A stretch of DNA of 64,000 bases from Kudoa neothunni (taxonomy: Eukaryota; Animalia; Cnidaria). Made by a program: the position numbers and the translations under genes. Of this stretch, positions 39,979-53,586 are shown in pieces (position 1 is the first letter of the stretch; each line of letters opens with the position of its first letter). The notes beneath the pieces were generated by a model, which worked only from the letters and a program-made list of their open reading frames with translations, made no database searches and was not told where the DNA came from. The DNA lies in the NCBI GenBank assembly GCA_964304625.1, contig OZ199840.1, positions 3,671,631 to 3,735,630 of the forward strand. Direction: 5' to 3'.

Positions 39979-42900
39979 TCAAAAAATTAACACGTAATTA
40001 GGATCATAGTTAAGTTCGGTTAGCAGCTTTTTCACATTAGAAACCATAGGTGGGGGTCCACAAAGAAGAATAATGGGTGAGGTGGATGGCGATGGAGCTT
40101 GTTGTCGAAGTATCTCCTCACTAACGTAACCAGTGCTCATGTTCCAATCTAAATCATTCAGATAAATTATAATCCCTTTACAATGTATCGTTAACTGGTT
40201 CAAATAAATTTATTAACCACTCTAGTTTTGTTAAAATTAAATAATAAAGTGTTATTCATTACAATAGATATATTTTAATCCATAAGGATTAGAATTTTTA
40301 AAAAGGCCTTTGTTTCTAGGTGCATATAAATTTAGTGTCCTGTGTGTTGTTTGCATTAGAGTTAAATACTACTTCTCTATGGGAGTACAATGACTTTATT
40401 GTTTAACCCTCGAATACCTGGAGGTAACCACTATGGCCAATCATTGCTTATTATATCAATAATTTTTATAAACTATTTTATTTCTTTTTCTCCCTTTGTA
40501 TTTTATAGAATAATGGTGATTTTAAAAGTACTTACATAATAGGGGGTTACGTTGAACTTTTTAGCTTAAAATCAAAAAAGAAAATAAATCACTCACATAC
40601 TTTAACACATCCTCAGTGGCCACCATGTAAATAATGACGTTCAGATAGTTGAAATTTATTAAAAAGCATTTCGGCAGTGAATTAAAAATTATAAATGTTC
40701 TTTGAAGCAACAAATTTTTTAAAACTCACTTTTTTGATTCTGTTAATTAATTTAATCTGGCATGTTAATCACGCTTATTATAATAATTTTTTAAAATTAC
40801 ATATCAACATAAAGCGATAGGTTAAATATGGTTGTTTCAAATTTAAGTTAGACCGTCTTATCGTAACCCAAAAATCCTTAGACTATGTATATTTTTTATT
40901 CATAAATTAATTTATAATGCCAACTTTCAAGTTATAAAATACAAATTTATATATTTAAAAGACCTCTATTAACAGGGGAAGAGATTTCATAATAAAATCT
41001 TTCATTTTTGGAATAAAACAAAAACTTAGCTGCTAAAATATTAATAATAAGCAAATGTGAAAAATGAAGCCATAATACAACAGTTTATTTCGAATTTTTC
41101 ATACCATTCCAAATATATACAGGCATAATTATCCCTGTTCTTTACATTTGCGCAAATAAACGTCATAAAAATGCATCAATGATTTATTTTTATTAAATTT
41201 ATTATATTTTAAAATGTAAATAATTATGTTCTTAACCTTAAGTGCAGCAATTTTTATTATTTTCATACATTTTTTATGAAAATAAAATGGTCACCTCCAA
41301 GTATTTGTGTAACTTTTTTCCTCAGGTGTTCGAGGGTTAAATTACGTTAACCTTCCGAGTGCTCTGAAAATTACTATAAACTTAGTGGTTATGGGGTCAT
41401 AGATGTTCACACAATTTTCTTATATTATTTTAATTTAAAAATATTGAAAAACTTTTTGGTAAAATTTAAAAGAAATCTATCGACGAATTCATACCGAATT
41501 TCGAAAAAACATAAAAGCCGAGAAGATACGATTAGAACCGATCTTAATAAGAGGATCGATTTGTCTGCAATTATTAAAATTATAATTTATTTAATTATTT
41601 TGTAACTTAAATTAGCTAAATTTTAAATAAAGCTATATTTTAGACCAGTGACAATAATTTCATTTTAGTAAAATTAAGTTTTTCCCAATGTAGTAAGTAA
41701 CGCGTATATTATTTGGATAAGATGATTGTTAACGATCATTGATAGAATAAAACATTTTAAATTTTATGATTAACACCGTGTGAAAAAATTAAAAAAATAA
41801 CAAATTACAAAAAACATATATGTACCAACCAGAAAAATTAGATTAATAACCAAGAAAGTCTAGTTTGACGTTTCCCAACCTTTTTTTCACCAAGTCCTAA
41901 TTTTTCTTGAAAAAAGTTCTGTTCCTCGCCTTCTCAAAAAGTATTAGTTTTTTAATTTTAACCATTTATAACTTTCAATCAAACTTCTTGTCACATTAAA
42001 ATGTGAAAGCAAGTAATATACACTTCTTTTCTCATTAAACTCAAAATTTATTCGATCAGATCAAACTAAATTTATCGATTGACCTTAAAAATTAACTTTT
42101 TAATTTTTTACGTCGTCAAAAGCAGCGCGAAATGAAACTCGTGATAATCCAACCCATATCAAACTAAACAGTAATGTATACGGACCTTATAAACCAAAAA
42201 TAAATAATCCATATTAAATTAAGTTAAATCAATCACGAAGGAGATCACCATTATAAATGAGGCTAGATTGGGATCGAAACTATTTCGATCCTTTCGAGCC
42301 AAAGACCACGGTAAATGTTATTATTCATTTTTTTATAATTATTCGTTGTGTTTGGTATTGTTTTATTATATTCATAGTCATTCAAAAATAATCTACATCA
42401 AAAATCAAGGTATTAATCTCAGTGTGTGCCTCGCTGGCCAATTATTTCATCATTATCCATGTCACATCAATGCTCAGGATTATCGATGTCCCGTTTGAGC
42501 TGCTTATTAAGCTTAAGCGTTCAAAAATTCTTCCACGTCTCACTGGCAAGTAGTGGTTATTATGTTAGGAAACACTTCCCTATACGATTTGGATTTCTCT
42601 GAACCCCATACTGCATTATATTTGTATTAATGTAAAGTTCAATTAGCCCTCCGATACCCAGGGAAAAAACATTGAAATATATAAATGAACAAGGAATTAT
42701 TTAGTAAAATATGTTTTACATTTTATAAACTTTATTCTTTATTCATCACAAGTGGATTGATCGCACGTACTACGGTTTGTACGGCATCGTTTATGGGGAG
42801 ATCTGTTAGAAACACCATAATGTCCGCATTTTCTGGGCCCATCGTTTATCTTTTCACTGCTATTTCGTATATTTGTTTTGAATTCCTCCAAAAGTTCCAT

Positions 42901-45900
42901 TGACAGTTTTTTGAGTAATTATCTCTTGCACTGAGGCTTATATTAACTAAGAAATTGAGGGTTCTAGTCCCATGCAATTGAAATGCATTGTGTGCTGCCG
43001 CGTCTGTTATGTTGTATAATACAGAAATTATCCAGCGTTTAGTACAGTAAATCTCAACACTTTTGATCTTATCCAACCCCTCCTTTTTAATATAATAAAT
43101 TTTTCCCCTTGTCTTTTTATGATTGCTCTGTGAAGTCCTCAGATAAAAAATATATTTTTATGCAAAATAATCATTATTTTAAATATTATAAATAATAAAT
43201 ATTTATACGTGAATGGACAAATTGTTAATGTGTGAATTAATAAGTGTATATCTAAAATTAATTATATACTTACATGTATCGTAAAAATTTGGAATAATTT
43301 TTCCAGAAAAACTTTTCATTAATTCTTCAGTTTATAAAATAAATGATTTAAATAAAAAAGTTAATTTTTGTAAATATTTTTTAATCTTCGTGGCAACCTT
43401 TGCAGTTAAATGAAAATAGGAAACTTCCCTATAATATTCTTGGATCTGACAAAAACTCTCCGCAGCACAAACAAGAAATTTCCACGTCCGTCAAACCCTT
43501 GACACTTGCTCATTGAAATCAAAGGGTTCGGTTGAATCCCGGTTGGGAATCACTGATGTAAAACCTTAGTTTATATCAAATATGTTTTAAGAATTTGTTT
43601 GCCTTTCGATTCGAGTTGGCTGAGAATAGTACTTGTCTTTGCCCCCAGCAGGAATGACGTTTGATGAGTCCTCGATTTCTATATCGCTGTCAAAATCAGG
43701 GTTATCGTCCTCATCGTTAATGGGTCCATCAATAATTGTGTCTACTTCCTCAATATTTTAGGATCAACTTATATCAGAATCTTCTGACGAAATAAACATA
43801 AAACCCTCGCCATTATTTACTGTTAGCCTGATGACCTCAGACGAAAATCCCGTTTTATCCGTAAAATGGCTTGGAATATTCCGGAATAATGGAGAATACC
43901 ATAGAGGTCTCGGTAAAGTTTGAGAACACATTAGAAACTTCTGGAAAAATATTAAAAACTAAGATAACTCCGTGATTGACTAGATAATCGCACAGTCCAC
44001 GATCATTTGTAGACATATCTTGTCTCAATTGAATACACGTAAAAATGATAATTATGTTCAAATAAAAATTTTAAATTAAATTTCTTTACTAATTCAATTT
44101 TTTAAAATCTCATTGTTATGAAATTTGTAATGCATTATTTAGAAAACCATCAGGATATACTGGTGTCACCCTCTGCACGCTTGGAAGTGGACATTCCTTT
44201 TAGCATTTGTACATCTATAACTCATTTTGACCTGACTAACTTTAACTGTAAATATAAAATTATTCTTTCAGAACCCGTAAAACATAAATATTATAAAACT
44301 TTTAATGAAATAGTAAATTTAAAACGCACTTTACTGGACAGCGTGTCAATCTCCAGGCATCCGCGGAATTTTTTTTAAATCCACGATTTATATATCTTAG
44401 ACGTTAAAAAATTGGTTAGAATTTAATATATGAAATGAAAATTCTATTAAAATAAAATAAATATAAATATTAAGAGACCTTAAATAGGAGATTATATTTT
44501 AAGAAAACCACCAAAATGGACATTCTAACCACGTCCAGGCATTGGAGGGTTAACGAAAATTTATCAGAATTAGAATATGATGAATCTGACTCAGAATCAC
44601 TATATTGAGTAGAACTAAAAATTTCACTATAGCCACTCTTTAAATCGGTAGGGTACTCTTCGTCAAAACTAATCCATTTCGCTATCACTCGCACTAATTC
44701 GTACAAGATTTTCCCTCATTTTCTCTTTATTTTGTCGATAGAATTCCACAAAACTTTGGATTATGATATTTACAATTTGTCTGCATTATTTAATAACAAA
44801 AAATCTGGGGTCATGTATGATCCCAAAAGCACTATGTGCAAAAATTACGTATATCTCCTTATTAACTTAGATAATTAAAACCCTTTTTCTCGCATTACAT
44901 TAAGCACTTGATTTTAGGAGAGTAGACATAATACCAGGCATTGTTTACTGTAATATTATATTAAAAATATATTACAATATGCTACGGGGTTTTCAATGAC
45001 CCCAAAGCGCTCGGAAGGTTAATGGAATTAAATGTATTCGAAACAATATACATTTGCAAATTTATGTTTTTTTAATTTTAAAAATTATAGAATTTTATAG
45101 AAAAAGAAATTATTGTTGAATAAAAATTTTGAATGAAATAGTATTTTATTTATAAAAATACTTTTAGGAGGATTTGAAAGCACGTGATGTACGTCGAAAC
45201 TATCAGATACGTGCGCTAATTCGTCGAATTCCTCTCTTAAAATAATATCATTGTAGGCCTATAAGAGGAGTTTCATAAATTAGAGGTTACACAGTTTTAC
45301 CTGATTAGCGAAGATAAGTTTGATTTTTGTTGAATCAACGTTCTCAATAGCAATAGCTCGAATTATTTGAAGCATTGGGGTGATTCCTAAATCCACAACA
45401 TATTATCTTATTTAGACATTAATTTTATTTGAAACAAAAATATTTTCGTCATTCATTTTATTATTATGTATTACACAAATCAAACAAATACAGTCATACC
45501 TGTCCCTCCAGCTATCATGCAAATCTGATTACTTTCAATAATATCAACGTGTTTTTGCCCGTTATTTTTTTTAGTAACCTGGAATTTACCTAAATTATTC
45601 AGTAATATTATCGAACAAATTAATACGTGATACCATTGCCGAGATAATGAATTTTGCCATGAGGACCTGTTACATCCACACAATCCCCTGGATTTAATGA
45701 ATCAAGGTATTGGGTCATTAATCCTCCTTGGGGGAACTTCTCGTTTTCTCCTTTTCTATAAATCTATCAGGGAATTAAAAATTCAGAATCAAACAACACA
45801 ATGATCTTTATCACACACTTTGATGATAAAATCAACCGAGTTGTCCACATAATCAATCGATATAGGAGTGTAACTCCGGGAAATATTCTTTCCATCAATT

Positions 45901-46282
45901 AAAGCCTTTAATCTTACGTGGTTGCCTTGATATAGACAGTCATTAAAAGCAAAAATACATAGAAAAAAATTCAACCAATATACCAATTGGTAAACCCAAA
46001 ATTTCTTTCTCATAATCAAGTTTACATTTCATTAGAATTACATTGTGTGTTTTGTTCTATAATATATAGAGAAATCAGGTTGTTTTGAGGTGGTTAGATT
46101 ACGATTTTCTCGATCAGTTGTAAAGTTACGGGAGTTTCTCCCTTTAATTTCTTGGTTAGTGAATTCGATTTTTGATGAAACATCCTATTAATCATATATC
46201 TGCCAATTAGAAGCATTGTCACCCCAAGAAATCCAACTATTAATGTTTTATTCGTAAGCAATGTCCAATAAAACTCATTCAT
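39979..46282 (-). CDS. CYB5R: NADH-cytochrome b5 reductase with N-terminal membrane anchor; last intron ~5 kb and filled with transposons
   Basis: Hydrophobic N-terminus, then GNHV, RSYTPIS, GGxMTQYL, GPHG, MIAGGTGITPM and CGPPPM; TGA at 39979-39981. The first in-frame ATG is at 46282 (the ORF-track start at 46366 is a GTG). Confidence 0.9.
40407..41336. mobile_element. piggyBac-type MITE (930 bp) in the CYB5R intron
   Basis: TTAA|CCCTCGAATACCTG ... CAGGTGTTCGAGGG|TTAA. Confidence 0.85.
41351..45018 (-). mobile_element. Decayed piggyBac element in the CYB5R intron, hosting nested insertions
   Basis: TTAA|CCTTCCGAGTGC ... GCGCTCGGAAGG|TTAA, with GGGG-N-CCCC subterminal motifs. An acidic Ser-rich remnant of a transposase N-terminus lies at about 44555-44720. 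Confidence 0.8.
42647..44549 (-). mobile_element. Nested internally deleted piggyBac element
   Basis: TTAG|CCCTCCGATACC ... GGCATTGGAGGG|TTAA. The remnant TKRWIISVLYNITDAAAHNAF matches a transposase C-terminal region, and an acidic N-terminal remnant is also present. Confidence 0.75.
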
Positions 46283-49200
46283 TAGTGAACTTAGTGTGCG
46301 AATCCCTCCGACTAATCCGCTACATAAATCTCCAATAGTTATCGTTCGATCATCGAATAAATCCACGATAAATCTATCAGTAAATCAGTCCAAATAAAAC
46401 ACCCGTTTTATTAATTATTTTATTTTAAATATTACCCGGTTTAAATACAAATCAGGATTAGTATATGATCAATTAAAGATTTGTACACAGATATACCGCT
46501 TACTTATTCTCGTCAATTTATTAATTATTCTTATTTTTTAAATAACACAATTAAAAAACTTTAAATACCTTATTTCAATTATTAATTGATTTTTTTTCTA
46601 TAAAAATTTTAAAGAATTCATAAGAATTTGCAGTTTATAAAATATTAAATATTTCATGATCATGTACGAATTGTTACGTGTAAACTCACAGTATATTATT
46701 GGCGTATCTTTATAAATAATAAATATTTGCATGGGTTTTAAAAATAAGTTTTGAAGGATTAATTATATTTTCTGTGAAGTTGATGCCTCAAAAATATTTG
46801 AATAATATCATTTATGTAATGTAATAGCGAAACTATTAGGTATAAAAATTTTCGCTCCATTTTATCACATCAATCAAGGAAATCAAATCAATCTATAAAT
46901 AGGCTCGCAAGATGTGAGCGAATCTAATGTTTATAATCCATTTTTATTTGTATATAATAATGTAAATTAAGCGTATTCGATATAGATAATTCACTCGTCA
47001 TGCTATTATGATTATCATAATCATTAGTTGTTTTTTAATTATTCGAATAAACAATAAATAAAAAAATTATATAGTATAATTGATAGAAAGTTATATGGAA
47101 ATCAACTGATTTTAATGAATAAGTTTAAATAGAATTAAAACCCCATATTTCATTAAACAATTTGTTAGACTTTTAGGTTAAATATATTTTCTTCATAATA
47201 ATCCTGCTTGCTGACTAAGGATATTACGATAATCCGGCCCTTGTAAAAATATAGTTTCCCGCCTTTGGCCTACCTGAAGCCTCTTAGATTAAATTGTCAT
47301 GTCTGGGATTAGAGACTGATCTACCCGGTTTCATAGTGTCATAAAAAAGCGATTAAACCAAATTTTTTGCGATTCTAATAAATTGTTTCTATATTTATTT
47401 TTTTTAATCACTACAACGTAGTTTTCGTGGAACATTCACTGAAAATACTTGTGGTACTTGTAACTCAATTTGGATTATCCCACCTTATTACAAACAACAG
47501 TAGAGAGAAAGTAACGTTTCGTTTTTATTTTCGATTTGAATTTTAGTGGTTTTAATAAAAAATTTTGTTTAAATTGTAATCATAAATTTCTAATGTTTGT
47601 TTTATGGTTGGGTGGTTGGATTTTTAACGCGTTTTTGCTGTAGACATTTGATTAGATAAAGAAAAAATAACATTTAAAAATTGTTACTTTTTTATTTATA
47701 TTCTAATATAGCTTGAAATTTTTCTGATTATATACGACATATAAATTATGTGCTGTCAACAAGAAAATTTGCGAGAGAAATAAAAAAATATTACTACAGT
47801 AGTTAACCAATTTTTCGCACCTTTGGCAATCGTACAACAAACGTTTTAGAAACATTCCAATTTTCAAGGAATCAATATAACTCCCTTTTATTATAATATT
47901 TGTGGAATTTTAAATCAGTAAAACATTTGTATCCCTATGTTTTTGACGAAAAGAAGATTAACCGCTTTTTGGCACATTTTACCGCCTTTAATCCTATTTT
48001 TGCTCTGATAAGCATGCAATAAAAATAATTTTCCTTTAGTTGGATGACAAATATGTATAATATATGTATATTTTCAGTCTCATTCTCCTTAAAACTGTTT
48101 TTTAATAATCAAATTTTGTTATCCTTGATAAACGTACATATTGCATTACTGTAATTCGGATTTCTGCATGGATACAAATCATATTTACAAACATTTACTG
48201 GCTACTTTATCATGTTATTTCCTGTATTTACTGGAGGTATTCTACGTCAAGAGAGATACGAGAATTATTAAAATTTAATAATTCTAATTCCAATAGATGC
48301 AGTCATATTAATAATAATTAATGTAAATATATAGACGAGAATTCTTTTTTTCTTAGGGTACCTGTTACACATCCTATATTTAGATGGGTCCATGATTATA
48401 TTGTAAACTGAATGTGATATATTATTTAATAATATAATTTAAATAAAATGAGGACAGATTAATATAGTTGAAAAAAATTGTAGGGCCCAACTTTATTTTC
48501 CCATCGTTGCGCGCGTATGGGATGCGAAAAATTGGTTACCTACTGCGATGTAACAACAAAATAATGGCACGGCGGATCGTCGAATCTATAGTTATACTTT
48601 AACCTGTCTGGGACCATGCGAAGTATTTCCTGGCCCAATTTTCGATATATCTATTTTTTAACAATCGCCCACTCAAAATAAGCTCAAAGAATATTAATTT
48701 TCCTAGAGATGGATAAAAATGTTATATTTGAAGTGTCGAATAAGAACTTTATTTTTTTATAATAATCAATACGTTTAATTTTTAATTTATTTGTTAACTT
48801 GACGTAAAACCCATTGTATCGCATTTAATAGTAATATTTTTATTAATAAATAACAGAGTTGTTAGAAACAGTTTTAAAAATTAAGTGACTTTTTAAAAAA
48901 TTCCGTTTTATTCGGATTGTAATAAGTATGATTATTCGAGTAAGAAAAAATTTTAATTAAATTATAAACTTTTCTTTTAACCTTTTTAGTACATTTCTAT
49001 GTTTTACCACATGTATTTTTGATAAATAAAATTAGACAGCAGTTTGCGTGGTCAATTATTCCTGTTTACAATAACCTAACTGTTAAAGAAATAATTCTAA
49101 AATTATTAAGGAATTTTTTACCATATTTTAAGCTACGATAATAAACCAATTTAAATTATTTTATATTGGCTGTATGAACGTGTATTTATTTTTTTGATTT

Positions 49201-49712
49201 ACAACTCTCCGAAGATTATGGTTTTAATCTCTGCTATCTCTCTTAATTTGGCTTAAAACGTCAGCGTAATTACGCACTAAAAATTAGAGAAAAATCGGGA
49301 TATACGTTAATTCTAAATATACTATTAAATCTATTGTTGCTAAGATTGAATTGGAAAAAGACCAGAGAGTGAGGCAAACAGCCTGACAAAATTGTAAGAA
49401 AAACAAATTTAACATGTTTTCCTAATTAAAACGAAATCCGAACATAATGCATGGGACGACAACAAACCCTCTGCACAAATATTGCTAGCAAGGCATAATT
49501 TACTATGATTCTTTCACACGTAATAATCTACATTGTTAATATTGAGAGCGGTAAATTGTTTCAAATTAAAAACACTATATTTAACCTATTAATATCGTAA
49601 ATAGATATGTTATTGCATAAAAAATTCTACGACAATTTTCTCTCGACATCTTGGAAACGTTTAATCAGGGTGTGCCACAAAATGTGATATAAATCATCTT
49701 GTATCGTGCTCG

Positions 49713-51468
49713 ATGATACTTCTAAATATTCTATTATTGTTTCTGTTAAATCTTGACAGTATTACAAATATTGTTGGAAAATTTATTAAGGTTTATTTAG
49801 ATCCAATTAATTGCAACAAGTTCTCTCATAAAAAGGACACATTGGTAACTACACCATCTCATCCATTTCCTTAGTCTTATTACAGGACTATAAAAATCCA
49901 AAAAAACTATTAAGGTCTAAGAAAAGATTGAATCTGGATGTGGATTTTTACAGCTCAAGTTTTTTGGTATGTAAAATATTACTTGGTCACTTTTCTCACA
50001 GAATTTGATGTGTATACAATTTATTTTGATTAACTCAACTTATAATAGACCCAAACCCTTAAAAGCAAGGGTAAAGATCATAAAAAGTACCTCGAAGATG
50101 TTATTAGAGCAATACAAATTGTACTTAAATTCGGTTACATTATTATATTAACAATGATTTATTTAAGAATTATATGTGGCATAATATGGTGATAAGGGTT
50201 AGAAAATGGGAAATCTGGGAAAAAGATCCTATCACAGTGTCGAGAACGGAAATTTTCAAGGCATACAGCTCATTCCTTGATTACAATTATAGGGATAAGA
50301 AAAGAGGAGATATGGCGTCACTATTTATGTATATTAACATATAACATAATCATATTTTAATATTATATTTCTATAATTATTGATAACTTAATTTATTGGA
50401 CAATGTAGTGAGATCGATCAAAGTAAATCTAAAAGCGGTGGTATATTGGGGTTGGGCACAGTAGATGCGGTATGCAAATATGGTGTAGCCGTTTCTCAAG
50501 TAAGTATAAAAATATGAAATATTAATAACCTCAATAAAACGTTCTTTTAGGTTGGCGCAAAAACAAAATTTGATATTCAGTACGCTTCCAGAACGGTAGT
50601 TCATGAACTTGGGCATAATTTGGGTATGCCACATGTGGGTAGGTGAATATTTTACCGGTTTCCCGTTACGCTATCTTATATTCAACAAAATATTTTCAAT
50701 ATTTTTATTTAAATAATTGCGATTTGAATCAATAATTTGGCCACATTTTTTAAAAATATTATTTTCAACCAACAGAGAAAAGTACACCAACATGTCAATG
50801 CACACATCCAAAGCTCTGTATCATGCTACCATTTGCATTCGCATGGTAATTTCCTATATTATATTTGATTCTGAAATAAAAACTACAGGGAGGAAAGACT
50901 TCCTCCAACATTCCACACTTGCTCTATTGAGATCGTACTTAAGGCAGCTAAAACCAGACAGTGCATTACTAAATCGCAACGAGAAGCTGTAATGTAGTGT
51001 ATTTTAATCAAATATAACATCTTAATTTAGTTCAACGCAAATACTTGCGGAAATGGAATCGTAGAAGCCGGCGAAACGTGCGATTGTGGCATAAAAGAAG
51101 TTTATTTACATTTCTAATTTCTCTAAAAGGCTAAATAATATTTAGGCATGCGAAATTGCAGGAGAAGGGTCTAGTTGTGTCAGTTGCCGAGGCTCAAATG
51201 GTTCCAATAATAATAATAACAACAATAACAATAATAACAACAATAACAATAATAACAACAATAACAATAACAATAATAACAACAATAATAACAACAATAA
51301 TAACAATAACAACAATAATAACGGTGGTGGTATATTTTTAATAAGGTTTGAATTTGATTATTTTATTTAGGCATTAATTATGGGAACAACCAAAAGCTTA
51401 ACTTTTGTTTGGATATCCAATTTATGGGACAAAGGTTCCCAATCTGCTTGTCGCTCGAACTTAACTAG
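49713..51468 (+). CDS. Secreted adamalysin, short paralog C (12 exons, ~367 aa), lacking the distal disintegrin, Cys-rich and EGF block
   Basis: Signal MILLNILLLFLLNL, then HELGHNLGMPHV, CIML, CGNGIVEAGETCDCG and N39-GGG. A 41-bp intron (51330-51370) leads to the homologous terminal exon ...LNFCLDIQFMGQRFPICLSLELN-TAG. The frame is intact throughout. Confidence 0.87.
51206..51322 (+). repeat. Coding microsatellite encoding 39 Asn in paralog C
   Basis: 117 bp of AAT/AAC. Confidence 0.95.
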
Positions 51469-51649
51469 GATGATAATACTTTTAAGGAATATGCGTATTA
51501 AATTTGTTTGGGATTTAGTTAGTAATAGTTGGTATGTCGTTTAATATTATTTGATTTCCTACCTCATAATAAATATCTTATTTATTATTATATAATTCGC
51601 ACAGCAGTATCTTTTAGCTTAAAACATCAGTTGATTGTAAGGTATATAG

Positions 51650-53586
51650 AAGTGTTTCCAAATCTGGGGTCATACAGCCCACATCGGGGTCATGAGAGAT
51701 TTTGTGTGGGCCATGAACAATTTTCTGACTAATTTGGACGGCGCAGGAAAACGCGGACCCGTATTGTGTAGGATACCGCTGAAATGGATAATATTATTTA
51801 ATTCTTGGACGTAGTATATGTTGATATAATATAAATATTATATTAAGTTAAGTTACATATTGTTGTTTCATGAATAAAAGAGCTTTTATCAAGATATAGA
51901 ACGGCAAAAAACTTGACAGTGTCTCTTTCCACTTCACTAGTACATGCACCGGTGTAATGGAAAGAGACAGTATCAAAAAACTTACCTCACCATGCGACCT
52001 GATACGGCCAACAGGTTTCCTAAGCAGGCAATACTCATTCTATCGTTTGTTTTTTTGTTTTTGGTATAAACAAAAATTTATTTAAATACAAATCAGACAC
52101 AGATACGAGCTAATTTTTCTATTCATTAAATTTTTGGACCCGTAACTAATCACATATTTCTTGGACCTATTTAATTTCATGATACAAAGCGGTATGACTT
52201 CATACGTTTTCAAATTCTTAATTATTTAATACTTGAATGAAATTATTCAAAAAATATTAACATGAATCGAACATTTTGAGAGAGTATACTGAGTATTAAA
52301 ATTAGCTATTAAAACCCCAATCTAGAAATTATAAGCATTATCCATCTGTAATTCTTCAGTCGAACGAATTTTGTTAGTTCATAACATCAGTTTACATGAA
52401 AATTAAAGATTTTATTATTCGGAGTTATGTGCCCGTAGCTATTCATGAAAATATAATCCGCGCGTCCAAACGATACTTTTTTACAATCCTAATATGTCAG
52501 TCATATTTACTGATGATCAACGAAATAAATTTTTAAATATTTTATTTAAAAGAAAATTATTATAAAACTAGACTTAAGTTATAAAGATTTAACTATGATA
52601 AATTATGTGCTTTCACTTAAAAATATTAGAAAGAAAGCTTTGGAATATTATATACTAGGTTAAATTTAAGAAGAAAATTTGAATGAATTATTTTAAAACA
52701 ATTTGAATTTCATATGTATTTTTTCACATATTTTATACTCATTAATGACTTCATATAACGGATTCAATAAGGAAAATTAAATCGTCATGACAATTGATGA
52801 GAAATAACAAACTTATATTTTTGTTCTAAGTCCAAAATTAATTTAAAAAAATAAAAAATTTGTTTTTAAATCAAATTATTGTATTGATTTTACACTAAAT
52901 GTAGAACAAAAATATATTTTACACCAAGAACCAATATATGGTAAATGAAGCATGCGCATTTACATGAAATAGAATGAACTCCCGATTATTCTGAAATCGC
53001 GTATCTGAAAGGCATGGAAAATTATTATTTATTTAATTTCAAAGAAAACATGCTAAATACGCGACTTAATATCCTACATTGATAGAGAGAAATTAGAAAT
53101 AAAAACATATTTTGTGTTCATTGCATTGGATATGGAGGCAACAAGTTAATAAATATTAGTAACTTTTGAATTTTTATTGATGATATCATTGAGCCCCAAA
53201 ACTGATTACGTAAAAATAATTAGTCACAAATATTATAAACAGAAAAAATATATTTAATTAGAATGCGAGAATATCATGAAAATCATTAAAAACCAAAAGT
53301 GATAAATCGATGGAGGAGTAGCTCGATCGTTTAATAATATTGGTTTAAAAAGAAATATTCTTGCTTTAAAAGTCTAGTAAAATCAGTGCCACATAATATT
53401 TTTAGGTGAACAGAATAAAAATAATTATGATAATGTATACAATTTAAATTATCATATATAATACTGGATATAAATATAATTTAAACAATAACTTTTAATT
53501 CTAGTAATCACATACACTATTTACATGGGTCATTGGATATTTTTGAAAAAATATGGATCACAACAAAAAAAGGTTGGGAAACACTG
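51650..53586. mobile_element. Non-autonomous hAT element
   Basis: Perfect 8-bp target-site duplication GTATATAG (51642-51649 and 53587-53594). Terminal repeat AAGTGTTTCCAAATCT / CAGTGTTTCCCAACCT. Confidence 0.85.

Noticed and set aside
46400-49600. Additional genes in the AT-rich stretches 46.4-49.6 kb, 53.6-56.3 kb and 61-64 kb
   Set aside because: No coherent spliced ORF or recognisable motif was found, only scattered transposon-end-like fragments.
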